From Cryomorphaceae bacterium (lineage in GTDB: Bacteria; Bacteroidota; Bacteroidia; Flavobacteriales_D; Crocinitomicaceae), in assembly GCA_027490665.1 (NCBI GenBank), contig JAIXXP010000116.1:15840-79839 (forward strand): a stretch of DNA of 64,000 nucleotides. The letters are read 5' to 3'. Both the position numbers and the translations under genes were made by a program. Below are positions 48,041 through 57,753 of this stretch, one piece after another (the stretch's first letter is position 1; every line of letters begins with the position of its first letter). The notes below the pieces were generated by a model. It saw nothing but the letters and a program-made list of their open reading frames with translations. It did no database searches and was not told where the DNA came from.

Positions 48041-48048
48041 TAATTTTG
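48041..48048 (+). promoter_or_regulatory. candidate -7 box TAATTTTG for the T9SS type B cargo gene
   Basis: Perfect match 12 nt upstream of GTG 48061. Divergent from the lpdA box. Confidence 0.45.
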
Positions 48049-48060
48049 CGTTGTATTACT

Positions 48061-50727
48061 GTGAATCAATTTAAGTCACTCTTCTTTTCGCTCTTCTTCC
48101 TGCTCAGCGGGTGGTCTCATGCTTCACACATTATCGGTGGTGATATCTACTATAATTATTTAGGAAACAATCAATACAGGTTCTTTATTACCCTTTACCG
48201 CGATTGCGCATCATCTGGCGCTCAGTACGATAACCCATTATACCTTTCGGTTTTTACGCAAGGCAATATTCATAGCCAAACGGTACAAGTCCCTTTTCCA
48301 GGCTCGGTAATTTTACCCATTAATTTCAATAATCCATGCGCTACCCAACCTTCCGGAATTTGTGTTGAGCGCGCGATTTATCAAGTCGTTTTGACGCTGC
48401 CACCCATTCCAGGGGGCTACACTGTTTCTTACCAGCGTTGTTGTAGGGGGCCAAACATTACCAATTTGCAGTTTCCCGATGACACCGGACTTACCCTTGT
48501 TGCGCAAATTCCGGGCTCAAATACAGGCGCTAGTAACAACAGTAGCCCTCGCTTCACCAATTACCCTCCGGTATTGTTGTGTAACAATGATCAGTTGGTC
48601 TTTGACCACGCGGCCACTGACCCCGATGGCGATCAATTGGTTTATTCGTTGGTGACGCCTTATGCCGGTGCAAACTCAGGTAATCCGCAGCCTCTGCAAA
48701 TGCCGCCGCCGCCGTATTTTCCGGTGACCTGGCAACCCAATTTTAACGCGCCAGTACCTCTCGGCCCAGGATCCTCAACCATTATTCATCCCAGCACCGG
48801 TTTATTAACAGTTAATCCAAATCTGATCGGACTTTTTGTGGTGGGTGTGCGGGTGCAAGAATACCGCAATGGGCAGCTCATCGGCGAAACCGTACGCGAT
48901 TTCTTGTTTCGGGTATTTGATTGCAATATCCAATTGGCTGCAATCTTGCCTCAGCAAGCACAGTTACCAAATTTCAGCGGCTATTGTTCGGGCCTAAACG
49001 TTCAGTTTGACAACCAATCTTTTGGTGGCACCAACTACGCTTGGAATTTTGGTGTGCCCGGAACGAATGCCGATGTGAGCAACCTTTATGAGCCCACATA
49101 TACCTATCCAAGTTCAGGTACATATACCGCTCAACTCATTGTCAATCCTGGTCAAAATTGCACCGACACTGCTTATATTGAAATCATTGTCAATGAGCCA
49201 CTAGACCTTGAATGGCAGGCGCAAGATTCTTTATGTTTAACTGATAATCTTTTCGATTTTACGGCGGTGGTCTCGGATCCGAGTGCTACGCTTTCTTGGT
49301 CTTTGCCTCCTAGCGCGTCAATCTTGCAGGCAAATGGCTTAACCGTGCCATCTGTGGTGTTTGATACCGCGGGTTTTCACCCGGTTTTGTTGGAGGCTAA
49401 CACGACCTACTGCCAGCAAACATTTTTAGATTCTGTCTTTATATTTGGCGAGCCGACAGCCTCAATTATTGTTCCGCCTCAGGTAGAGTGCTTGGGTTAT
49501 ACCATCCAATTTGGTAATAATTCTCAAAACAGCATGCTTTATAATTGGGATTTCGGCAATGGGCAAAGTAGCACGCAAGCTTTGCCATTCATTACCTTTC
49601 CTGGCCCTGGTTTGTACCCTGTCACGCTCATTGCAGGTTCTTCTCCAAATTGTTTGGATACAACAATGGTTAACGTTCCTATAGGCGAGCCTATTTTACT
49701 CAGCATGACCAACTCTGACTCGCTTTGTATAGATGATTTCTTCAGCTTTGACGCACAAGTTTCAGGGCCAATAGGGACCACTTATTGGTGGGAATTCGGT
49801 CCGAATGCAAGTCCGGCGAATAGTACCCAATTGACAGGAAACAATGTGTTGTTTAATCAGAACGGAAACCAACAGGTTTTACTTATAGGTCAAAATCCAT
49901 TGTGTAAAGACACACTCGTTGAAGTTGTTAGGGTTTTTGGTCATCCGAGCATTAATTTTATGTTCCTCAATTCACTACAATGTGCACCGTCTCAAGCACA
50001 GTTTGTGAATTTGAGTCAAAGTGAAGTACCAACGACTTATTTATGGGATTTAGGAGACGGTACGCAAGTTCAAGCCACAAATGTGCTGCACACCTACAGC
50101 CAACCAGGAAGTTACACCGTAACACTCACCCTTATTGAACAATTTGGGTGTTTGGATACATTATTTATGGCACAGCAAGATGTCGTAACAGTGCATCCTT
50201 CGCCTCAGGCGGGCTTTGCAATCAGCCCTGAAAAGGTTGATGTTTGCCAAAACGAGGCTGTATTTACTGATTTGTCAGTAGATGCCGTTACCTATCAGTA
50301 TTTTGTTGAAGATTATGCATTCCAATACAATACTGCCAATTTTGTTCATGCGTATCAATCTGGGGGTACAGATTATCCGTATCAGGTAGTTGCCAATGCA
50401 TTTGGTTGTACAGATACGGCCTATGCTAGTATAGAAGTTGAGCCGTTTAGTATTTATGCACCAAATAGCTTTATTCCTGATGGCAATGGACGCAATGAAA
50501 TTTTTAAAGTAGTCACTGCATTCGAGGTGAGTGATTGGTCTTTGGAAATTTTCAATCGTTGGGGTGAACGCGTGTTTGTGAGTCAAAATGCAAACGAAGG
50601 TTGGGATGGCACCTACAACGGATTTGATTGTCAAGATGGTTTATATAACTACGTGCTTAAATTCAGACCCTGTCATGAGCCTTATATTCGCAGGCAACGC
50701 GAGGGTGTAGTGCATTTATTGCGTTAA
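48061..50727 (+). CDS. large secreted PKD-domain protein with T9SS type B C-terminal sorting domain
   Basis: The listed ORF start lies antisense inside lpdA. I chose the first plausible start after lpdA, GTG 48061, which gives the signal-like N-terminus VNQFKSLFFSLFFLLSGWSHA. Several PKD-like units are present (F.N.S.....Y.W.FGDG). The C-terminal type B CTD is FIPDGNGRNEIF...FNRWGERVF...WDGTYNG...GLYNYV...GVVHLLR. Confidence 0.75.
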   Translation: MNQFKSLFFSLFFLLSGWSHASHIIGGDIYYNYLGNNQYRFFITLYRDCASSGAQYDNPLYLSVFTQGNIHSQTVQVPFPGSVILPINFNNPCATQPSGICVERAIYQVVLTLPPIPGGYTVSYQRCCRGPNITNLQFPDDTGLTLVAQIPGSNTGASNNSSPRFTNYPPVLLCNNDQLVFDHAATDPDGDQLVYSLVTPYAGANSGNPQPLQMPPPPYFPVTWQPNFNAPVPLGPGSSTIIHPSTGLLTVNPNLIGLFVVGVRVQEYRNGQLIGETVRDFLFRVFDCNIQLAAILPQQAQLPNFSGYCSGLNVQFDNQSFGGTNYAWNFGVPGTNADVSNLYEPTYTYPSSGTYTAQLIVNPGQNCTDTAYIEIIVNEPLDLEWQAQDSLCLTDNLFDFTAVVSDPSATLSWSLPPSASILQANGLTVPSVVFDTAGFHPVLLEANTTYCQQTFLDSVFIFGEPTASIIVPPQVECLGYTIQFGNNSQNSMLYNWDFGNGQSSTQALPFITFPGPGLYPVTLIAGSSPNCLDTTMVNVPIGEPILLSMTNSDSLCIDDFFSFDAQVSGPIGTTYWWEFGPNASPANSTQLTGNNVLFNQNGNQQVLLIGQNPLCKDTLVEVVRVFGHPSINFMFLNSLQCAPSQAQFVNLSQSEVPTTYLWDLGDGTQVQATNVLHTYSQPGSYTVTLTLIEQFGCLDTLFMAQQDVVTVHPSPQAGFAISPEKVDVCQNEAVFTDLSVDAVTYQYFVEDYAFQYNTANFVHAYQSGGTDYPYQVVANAFGCTDTAYASIEVEPFSIYAPNSFIPDGNGRNEIFKVVTAFEVSDWSLEIFNRWGERVFVSQNANEGWDGTYNGFDCQDGLYNYVLKFRPCHEPYIRRQREGVVHLLR

Positions 50728-50733
50728 ACGCAA

Positions 50734-51462
50734 TTAGGAAGTTCGCAAGACGAAATTTTGCCCTAAATAAACTTTCCGAACTTGTTCGTCTGCTGCTAAT
50801 TCTTTGGCAGTGCCAGATTTCAAGATTTTTCCTTCAAAAAGTAAGTATGCTCTATCGGTAATAGAAAGTGTTTCTTGAACGTTGTGATCGGTAATTAAAA
50901 TGCCGATGTTGCGTTTTTTAAGATCTGAGATAATGGCTTGGATGTCTTCTACGGCAATTGGGTCAACTCCTGCAAAGGGTTCGTCTAAGAGCACAAATTT
51001 TGGATCAGTGGCTAATGCACGTGCTATTTCAGTGCGTCGTTTTTCACCTCCTGAGAGACGGTCACCGAGGTTTTTTCGGACATGACCTAAATTGAATTCT
51101 TCTAAAAGATTTTCTAATTTGGCTTCGCGGTCGGCTTTGTTTAGAGGCCCCATTTCAAGTATAGCCATAATGTTGTCTTCCACGCTCAATTTGCGGAAAA
51201 CAGAAACTTCTTGGGGTAAGTAGCCAAGTCCAAGTTGCGCGCGTTTGTACATCGGAAACTTTGTGATGTCGGTATTGTCCAGAAACACATTACCTGTATC
51301 GGGTTTAACCAGACCTACCATCATGTAGAATGAAGTGGTCTTACCAGCGCCATTTGGACCAAGCAAACCAACGATTTCACCTTGATTTACTTCTACACTA
51401 ACGCCATTCACGACGGTGCGTCCGCGGTAAGATTTACAGATATCGGTGGTACTGAGTTTCAC
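50734..51462 (-). CDS. lptB: LPS export ABC transporter ATP-binding protein
   Basis: Walker [10 protein letters not shown], signature LSGGEKRR, Walker [13 protein letters not shown]. Only a GTG start (51462) is available in frame. Confidence 0.9.
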   Translation of the reverse strand: MKLSTTDICKSYRGRTVVNGVSVEVNQGEIVGLLGPNGAGKTTSFYMMVGLVKPDTGNVFLDNTDITKFPMYKRAQLGLGYLPQEVSVFRKLSVEDNIMAILEMGPLNKADREAKLENLLEEFNLGHVRKNLGDRLSGGEKRRTEIARALATDPKFVLLDEPFAGVDPIAVEDIQAIISDLKKRNIGILITDHNVQETLSITDRAYLLFEGKILKSGTAKELAADEQVRKVYLGQNFVLRTS

Positions 51463-51474
51463 AAATCGAAATTA

Positions 51475-53925
51475 CTAAAAATTTAGCGAGTATCTGGCTT
51501 TGATTCCAAACGGGCTCGTGCCTGGTATTTGGTGCGTGGCGCGGTACAAGAAATCGATCCTGATCACTTTGAAAATATTTTCAATACCAATACCAACCTC
51601 AACATATGGCACTCCGTTAAATGGTCTCACGAAGTCAGGTATGATCAAGGCTTGATGGTGGTTAGGGGAAAGGCTGCCTAACATGATGCGTTCGGTGGTA
51701 ATGAGCCTAATTTTACTTGCCTTCAGCAATGGAATACGATCGAAAAACAGACCTTCCCAACGGTTTTCTGCAAAACCAATGACGTAGCGGTCACTGATGA
51801 ATTCTATGAAATTCACCATATTAAATGTGCTGGTAAGTAGCCATAAAGACTGATTGCCTTCGTGTACTTTTAACAGAGGGTAAGCTGCCGTTCCGTTGAT
51901 ATACCCCAAGGTAAAACCATAGCGCATTCTGCCGAGTACGCCTAGCTGCGTATTGTGCTCAAATTGGAATTCATATTTTTGATAACGGTAATTACTTCTA
52001 AGCAGATCCTTAAAGCCAAAAATTCCTTGAAAAGACAAGATAGGGTAGGGCGAACGCAGTGCAGTTCGATCGAAAGATCCGGAAAGAAATTCTTCGTCTT
52101 TGGTCCAACGGATCCGTGTGGTGAGTTCGGTTGCTGTGAGTTGTGAAATCTGAAGGGTATCAAAACCGCTTACTTGCTGATAGGTGGCTAAGCCAAGAGG
52201 GGTGTAGTTTTTCCATTCAAGTGCCCCGTAAAGGATGAGGTCTTTTTTGACGTCTTTTTCTAGACTCACTCCAGTTTTTTGCACAAACGTGAGTTTGTCG
52301 AAAGGTGCAGTACTGAGAAACGTAACAAACGAGGTACCCATGGATGCAGCTGTTGGTGCTTGCCCAATTTGCTCGATGTCATAGTTGTAATAGGCGGTCA
52401 GCATGCCGCGTTTTTGAGGGGTAATATTGTAACGCAGCTTTAGGTTATACTTGAAGCGTTCATCGCCAAAGCCATAGGCAAGTCGGCCACCGAGCTCAAG
52501 TCTTTTAGAGAACTCATTGGAGGTACGCAGTGCTAAGGCTACTCTTAAATTTTCAACGGGGTTTGCGCTCACTAAAGAGGCAACAGATCCGAGTTCAATT
52601 TTGTGTATAGGCCAGTAACCTGTACTCGCCAAGTAGGTGAGCTTGCGCATGTTTTGATAGAAAGGTTGTGCCTCAAGGGAGTCTACCATTTCTTGGATGC
52701 GGAGTTCTTTTTCGTTTAAGGTTATGGGTCTAAGTGCAGCCCATTCTTGTTCGCTGCGTACTTGGGCGTTGTTGAGTACATCTACTGTGTTTGTAGAGCG
52801 ATAGAATGCCTCTGGCTTGGGCGTGTTGATGATAAAATTGCTGCGCTGGCTATACTTGCGCCCTACTAGTCCTAGAAATTTGGACTTTTCTGTTATTTTG
52901 AACGAAAGCACCATCTTTTCAGAGGTGAGCATCCAAACTTCCTTTTGTACTTGCTCAAAAGTATGTTCAAAGTAAAACTCTTGAATATAATTGAGATTTG
53001 CACCAGGTGCAATATTGGCCTCAATTCTTTTGATCGCATATGTGGTATCGTTCACCCACATGTGTCCTTCAAATACGAGGTCACCTGTCCTCTTCGGAAC
53101 AAAACGCAGCTTGTAACACCAATCGGATCCGATAAAGGTAGAGTCGTCGAGGTAGAATTGATAATAGCTGCGTGCAAAAGGCGCCAACGGGCTTATAAAT
53201 GATTTGTTAAATAAATCATAGATGTTGTCATATATATTAAGCTCCAGTGCCATGTCGCCAAGAAATTGGGTCATCTGCATGTTGTCTACCCCTGTAATAT
53301 GAGTAGCCTCAACTTGTTCTTTCTTTAGTTTAGGTTCTTTGAGGTAGTAGAAGTCCGAAACACTCTCGGATAATATGACTGGTAATAATGATTTCTCACT
53401 TGAGTCGTTTTGAAGGTAATTTTTGACAATGGATAATCTGTCAACCAGCGGATTATTGATGAGTCCGGAATCTAGGTTGGAAGCATCTAGTTGGATTTTA
53501 TTATAAAGATGGTACTGATAAGCATTGAGCTTTTCTTTGTTGTTCACATCTTTATATTGGATGATCCGTCTGTGCAATTGTGCGCCACGTGTTTCAAGCG
53601 GGGCCTTTAAGTAGATTTCAGCGATTTCTTTGTCTTGGGTTTGCATCTTGACCTCCAAAACCTGGCTCAGGTCTTTTTTGACTTTAACCCTTTCGGTTTG
53701 ATAACCGATTAGTCTAAAAACGAGTGTATCTGTGGGGTAGTAAGTGCTGATATTGAACTGACCTAGTGAGTCTGATTTGGTTCCAATTTTACTATCCAAG
53801 AATTGAATTTGCACATAACTGAGTGGATCTCCTTTTTTGTCAGTTACTGTTCCGCTTATATTGGTTTGTTGAGACCATAAGGCTAAGAAGCAACAATTAA
53901 AAAACAAAAAGATCAGCGAACGCAT
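51475..53925 (-). CDS. DUF5686-like protein with N-terminal carboxypeptidase-regulatory-like domain
   Basis: Signal peptide ...LALWS|Q, then ISGTVTDKKGDPLSYVQIQF...SDSLGQFNI (CarboxypepD_reg), then a roughly 700-aa beta-rich region ending in ...KARYSLNF. Its start overlaps the tatC stop by 1 nt. Confidence 0.75.
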   Translation of the reverse strand: MRSLIFLFFNCCFLALWSQQTNISGTVTDKKGDPLSYVQIQFLDSKIGTKSDSLGQFNISTYYPTDTLVFRLIGYQTERVKVKKDLSQVLEVKMQTQDKEIAEIYLKAPLETRGAQLHRRIIQYKDVNNKEKLNAYQYHLYNKIQLDASNLDSGLINNPLVDRLSIVKNYLQNDSSEKSLLPVILSESVSDFYYLKEPKLKKEQVEATHITGVDNMQMTQFLGDMALELNIYDNIYDLFNKSFISPLAPFARSYYQFYLDDSTFIGSDWCYKLRFVPKRTGDLVFEGHMWVNDTTYAIKRIEANIAPGANLNYIQEFYFEHTFEQVQKEVWMLTSEKMVLSFKITEKSKFLGLVGRKYSQRSNFIINTPKPEAFYRSTNTVDVLNNAQVRSEQEWAALRPITLNEKELRIQEMVDSLEAQPFYQNMRKLTYLASTGYWPIHKIELGSVASLVSANPVENLRVALALRTSNEFSKRLELGGRLAYGFGDERFKYNLKLRYNITPQKRGMLTAYYNYDIEQIGQAPTAASMGTSFVTFLSTAPFDKLTFVQKTGVSLEKDVKKDLILYGALEWKNYTPLGLATYQQVSGFDTLQISQLTATELTTRIRWTKDEEFLSGSFDRTALRSPYPILSFQGIFGFKDLLRSNYRYQKYEFQFEHNTQLGVLGRMRYGFTLGYINGTAAYPLLKVHEGNQSLWLLTSTFNMVNFIEFISDRYVIGFAENRWEGLFFDRIPLLKASKIRLITTERIMLGSLSPNHHQALIIPDFVRPFNGVPYVEVGIGIENIFKVIRIDFLYRATHQIPGTSPFGIKARYSLNF

Positions 53926-54704
53926 TAGTCTTTTTTATTTCTTTCGACGCGTTTTGCTACTAAAACACTGACTTCAAATAAAATATAGATGGGAATGGTC
54001 ACGATGACCTGCGAAATAACATCTGGGGGAGTAATGACAGCGGCCAAAATTAGGATAACGACAATGGCGTGTTTGCGGTATTTGATTAAGAAATCAGGGG
54101 TAAATAGCCCGATTTTAACCAAGAGGAAAGTGACAATTGGAAATAAAAAGAAAAGTCCGGTGTAAAAAACAGTGGAAAGAATGGTGCTCATGTAAGAGGC
54201 AATTGTGACGTCTGTTTTGATTTCTGGTGTGATTTGAAACGCACCAAAGAATTGTACGCTCAGGGGTGCTACTACGTAGTAACCAAATAAAATCCCAAGA
54301 AAGAAAAGTACACTAACGTAAAAAACGATGCCTTTCGCCATTTGTTTTTCGGTTCCTTTGAGCCCTGGTTTGACAAAAGCCCACAACTGATAGAAGATGT
54401 AAGGGAAAGCCAACACTACCCCGCCCATCATGCTCATCATGAGGGCATAAGAGAACTGACCAGCGAGCGTGGTGCTTTGAAAGTCGACATTGATTTGTTC
54501 GACACAAACACCTAAATATTGGCAAAGTAATTTGAAAGTAATGAAATCTGGGTCAACCATGTTGAGGAAAACATGTTCCATGATTTCACGTTGGTAGATC
54601 CAGATGCCGATAGAAAAAACTATGACGGCAATGGCTGCCCTGAACAAGCGCCAGCGGAGCTCCTCAAGGTGATCTAAAAACGACATTGGCTGATCCTCAG
54701 ACAT
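53925..54704 (-). CDS. tatC: twin-arginine translocase subunit TatC
   Basis: N-terminal FLDHLEELRWRL, six TM segments, length 259 aa. Confidence 0.9.
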   Translation of the reverse strand: MSEDQPMSFLDHLEELRWRLFRAAIAVIVFSIGIWIYQREIMEHVFLNMVDPDFITFKLLCQYLGVCVEQINVDFQSTTLAGQFSYALMMSMMGGVVLAFPYIFYQLWAFVKPGLKGTEKQMAKGIVFYVSVLFFLGILFGYYVVAPLSVQFFGAFQITPEIKTDVTIASYMSTILSTVFYTGLFFLFPIVTFLLVKIGLFTPDFLIKYRKHAIVVILILAAVITPPDVISQVIVTIPIYILFEVSVLVAKRVERNKKD

Positions 54705-54805
54705 GACGTAAAATTAGCGATTTATTCCGTAAAATAGGATGAAAAGAAGAACGTAAATTGTTTACGATCATGTATTGCAACTTTGTATCATCAAAACAAA
54801 ACGCC

Positions 54806-55117
54806 ATGAAAAAAAGATTTGCTATTCAACACATTTGGTTTAACAATCAAGATGCGGAGGTCACGTTAGTTGGCCGTATGCAAGAGGACGTCTTAACTTA
54901 TGAGTCTAAGTTGCTCATTAAGATGTCAGAGCTCAATGGAGTCATTTCCAAACTGCAAAAATTAGCGGGAATAGAAGCCAGCGAGTATATGTGTCGTTAT
55001 GAACTAGGATTTATTACAGAATACGAAATCAGTTTTCCTGAAAGCACACAGTGCTATTTGAACCTTGATGATATTTTAGGTACCAATCAAAGTTTGGTCA
55101 AGAAAATTGTAGCGTAG
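54806..55117 (+). CDS. hypothetical protein
   Basis: I chose ATG 54806 because a -7-like element (CAACTTTG, 54778-54785) lies inside the listed longer ORF. No recognised motif. Confidence 0.45.
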   Translation: MKKRFAIQHIWFNNQDAEVTLVGRMQEDVLTYESKLLIKMSELNGVISKLQKLAGIEASEYMCRYELGFITEYEISFPESTQCYLNLDDILGTNQSLVKKIVA

Positions 55118-55123
55118 ACTAAA

Positions 55124-55492
55124 TTAGGGCTGAATGTAAACGGTTTCTTCGTTCACTTTTTCAGCTTCAATTTTGATGATACCTTGGCCAACTTTGTTGC
55201 CTTTCTGCGCTTTGATGTCTAATACAGCAACACCTGCTTGACCGAGTTGATAGAGTTCGTTGTAGTTGAACGTTGCCAAACCGTTTACATTGGTATAGGC
55301 GGTGTCGTAGACAGCAACTTGCTGAGGCGTTTGTTGTGTGTTGGTACCATACAATACAACCATGGCGTTTGAAACACTTGCGTTGGTTTCGTCTTTGACA
55401 TAAATGTGCGCAACGGTATCCATTTTTTTACGGCAAGAACTTAACGAAACAAGCGAAGTAGCAGCCAATGCTATGATAAGGATCTTTTTCAT
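55124..55492 (-). CDS. small lipoprotein, tandem paralogue 3 of 3
   Basis: Lipobox LSSC. Shares the pattern V.V......V..A.V.L.........YDT.YTN..G...F with the two upstream genes. Confidence 0.7.
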   Translation of the reverse strand: MKKILIIALAATSLVSLSSCRKKMDTVAHIYVKDETNASVSNAMVVLYGTNTQQTPQQVAVYDTAYTNVNGLATFNYNELYQLGQAGVAVLDIKAQKGNKVGQGIIKIEAEKVNEETVYIQP

Positions 55493-55497
55493 GGTGT

Positions 55498-55869
55498 TTA
55501 GTTGGGTAGGTAAATGGTTTCAACAGCAGTTGTGTGCACTTTAGCACGAGTATAACCATATGCTGTTTTGTTGTTGTACTTGACGATGATGTCAAAATAG
55601 CCGGTTTTGTTGGCTTCACCCGCAAGAGCGAAGTAGGTATCCATGTCAAAAGAAGTAAAACCGGAAGAATTAGTGTAGGTGGTATCTACGTAGGCTAAGG
55701 TAGCTGGTGTAGATTGTTGGTCACCGACAATAATGACTTTAGCGCCGTCGATGAGCTGATTAGAAGAAGAGCGGACAAAAACCTTAATAATGGCAGGGTC
55801 TTTGGGCTCGCAACCGCCCAAAATAAAGAGCAGTGATAGAGCAAAAAAGCTGGTTAGGATAGTTTTCAT
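55498..55869 (-). CDS. small lipoprotein, tandem paralogue 2 of 3
   Basis: ATG 55869 gives MKTILTSFFALSLLFILGGC (lipobox). The listed TTG 55887 overlaps the candidate -7 box. Confidence 0.7.
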   Translation of the reverse strand: MKTILTSFFALSLLFILGGCEPKDPAIIKVFVRSSSNQLIDGAKVIIVGDQQSTPATLAYVDTTYTNSSGFTSFDMDTYFALAGEANKTGYFDIIVKYNNKTAYGYTRAKVHTTAVETIYLPN

Positions 55870-55884
55870 AGGTTTTGAATGTCT

Positions 55885-55892
55885 CAAATTTA
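55885..55892 (-). promoter_or_regulatory. candidate -7 box (TAAATTTG on minus strand)
   Basis: Perfect TAnnTTTG match 15 nt upstream of ATG 55869. Confidence 0.4.
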
Positions 55893-55932
55893 CATTTTAA
55901 TTTTTGAATTTTAAAACTTCAATGTGAAGGGT

Positions 55933-56337
55933 TTATTGTATTTGTAGTAATACTTGATTGCGTTCTTGCTCCGTAATTTCCGCAAGTGCCTCGCCTGTGA
56001 GCCCAAAATAAAAGCCTTTGACTTTAATTTGCATAACGCCAATTTGTCCTGGTTTATAAAACGAACTGAGGTCAAACTTTGCTTTGCCGCTTGCATCAGT
56101 AAATGCGCTGTCTTGAACGGCAATAGCGTTGTGAGCGGTGTCTGTAGGTTCGGCAACTAACCAAACCTTGGCTTCAGAAATGACCGTTCCGTTGGTATTG
56201 ACCACTGTAACTTCTAAAGTTGTGGGTGGGGTTTCTTTACACGAAACTAAAAAAAACACCATTGAAAACATCGATATAAATGCGATGATCGCGATATGAT
56301 GCAGCTTTTTTTTCTCGTACATTTGCATGAATACCAT
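55933..56337 (-). CDS. small lipoprotein, tandem paralogue 1 of 3
   Basis: Lipobox FLVSC. Three in-frame ATGs are possible (56337, 56328, 56322). Same domain pattern as the two downstream genes. Confidence 0.65.
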   Translation of the reverse strand: MVFMQMYEKKKLHHIAIIAFISMFSMVFFLVSCKETPPTTLEVTVVNTNGTVISEAKVWLVAEPTDTAHNAIAVQDSAFTDASGKAKFDLSSFYKPGQIGVMQIKVKGFYFGLTGEALAEITEQERNQVLLQIQ

Positions 56338-56395
56338 GATTTTTCGTTGTTAAACAACTAGAAGGGTCAAAAGGTTACAACAGAACCGCTTAAAA

Positions 56396-57415
56396 ATGAA
56401 TATTGAAGATTTATCGCTCGAATTAAGTAATGTCCAGCTTTCAGACGCACAAACGCTTGAACAATTCCGGATCCGGTTTTTAGGCTCTAAAAATGTCCTC
56501 AAAGATTTGTATGCCGCCATTAAAGACATTCCTAATGACCAAAAGCGCGCTTATGGTCAGCAAGTCAATGCTTTGAAGGAGCGTGCTGAACAAGTTTACC
56601 ACGAGTCAAAAGCGGCGCTTACTCAAACACAAAGTGTTGGCCCAGAAGAAGACCTCACTCGGCCTGCTGTCGACCCACAAGTAGGGGCACATCACCCGCT
56701 TTCCTTGATCCGACGAGAAATCATCGAGATATTCAATCGCATTGGCTTTGTGGTTTCAGAAGGTCCAGAAATCGAAGACGACTGGCATAATTTCAGCGCT
56801 TTAAATTTTCCGCCAGAACACCCCGCCCGCGACATGCAAGACACCTTTTTTATTCAAAAAGGTGAAGAAGAAATCGCTTTGCGTACGCACACTAGTAGCG
56901 TTCAGGTTCGTGTAATGGAAAACCAAGCGCCTCCAATTCGTACTATTTCTCCCGGCCGCGTATACAGAAACGAAGCCATCTCTGCACGGGCTCATTGCTT
57001 TTTTCATCAGGTTGAGGGTTTATATATTGATAAAGAAGTCTCTTTCGCCGACCTCAAACAAACTTTGCTTTATTTTGCCCAAGCGCTGTTTGGTCCGCAA
57101 ACCCAGATCAGAATGCGTCCGTCCTATTTTCCATTTACCGAACCTAGTGCAGAGGTCGATGTCTCTTGCTCGTTGTGTGCTGCAAAAGGCTGCAATGTAT
57201 GCAAATACACGGGCTGGCTTGAAATCATGGGTTGCGGTATGGTAGACCCTAATGTATTAGAAGCTTGCGGCATCGATTCAAAAACCTATTCTGGTTTTGC
57301 CTTTGGCATGGGTGTGGAGCGCATAGCGCAGCTCAAATACCGCGTCACCGATTTACGCCTCTATTCAGAAAACGACGCGCGCTTCTTGCGTCAATTTAAA
57401 CCCGGTATGGCATGA
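56396..57415 (+). CDS. pheS: phenylalanine--tRNA ligase alpha subunit
   Basis: Motifs FPPEHPARDMQDTFF, LRTHTS, FRPSYFPFTEPS-like (MRPSYFPFTEPSAEVD) and GFAFGMGVERIA. Confidence 0.95.
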   Translation: MNIEDLSLELSNVQLSDAQTLEQFRIRFLGSKNVLKDLYAAIKDIPNDQKRAYGQQVNALKERAEQVYHESKAALTQTQSVGPEEDLTRPAVDPQVGAHHPLSLIRREIIEIFNRIGFVVSEGPEIEDDWHNFSALNFPPEHPARDMQDTFFIQKGEEEIALRTHTSSVQVRVMENQAPPIRTISPGRVYRNEAISARAHCFFHQVEGLYIDKEVSFADLKQTLLYFAQALFGPQTQIRMRPSYFPFTEPSAEVDVSCSLCAAKGCNVCKYTGWLEIMGCGMVDPNVLEACGIDSKTYSGFAFGMGVERIAQLKYRVTDLRLYSENDARFLRQFKPGMA

Positions 57416-57753
57416 GTTGGTTACCATTACAGTCAGAAGCCCAGTGGCAAGAAATTCTAGCGGCGTCGCATGATAGCCCACAATTGATATTCAAACACAG
57501 CACGCGCTGTTCCATTTCTTCAATGATTCTCAGCCGTTTTGAAGGCAGCGATCTCTTTCAAAATGCAGACATAACATGTTGGATGCTCGATTTGATTGCC
57601 TACAGAGAGGTCTCTAATTTCGTTGCTTCAGAAACGCAAGTTTGGCATGAATCACCACAATGCATCGTCATCGACAAAAGCAAAGTGATCTACGCAGAAA
57701 GCCATGGCTCTATCGATGCAAAATCTATACAAACCTTGATGCTCAACAAATGA
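57412..57753 (+). CDS. ytxJ: YtxJ-like monothiol redox protein (bacillithiol system family)
   Basis: LIFKHSTRCSIS matches the YtxJ T-C-x-I-S active-site context. ATGA overlap with the pheS stop. Confidence 0.75.
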   Translation: MSWLPLQSEAQWQEILAASHDSPQLIFKHSTRCSISSMILSRFEGSDLFQNADITCWMLDLIAYREVSNFVASETQVWHESPQCIVIDKSKVIYAESHGSIDAKSIQTLMLNK

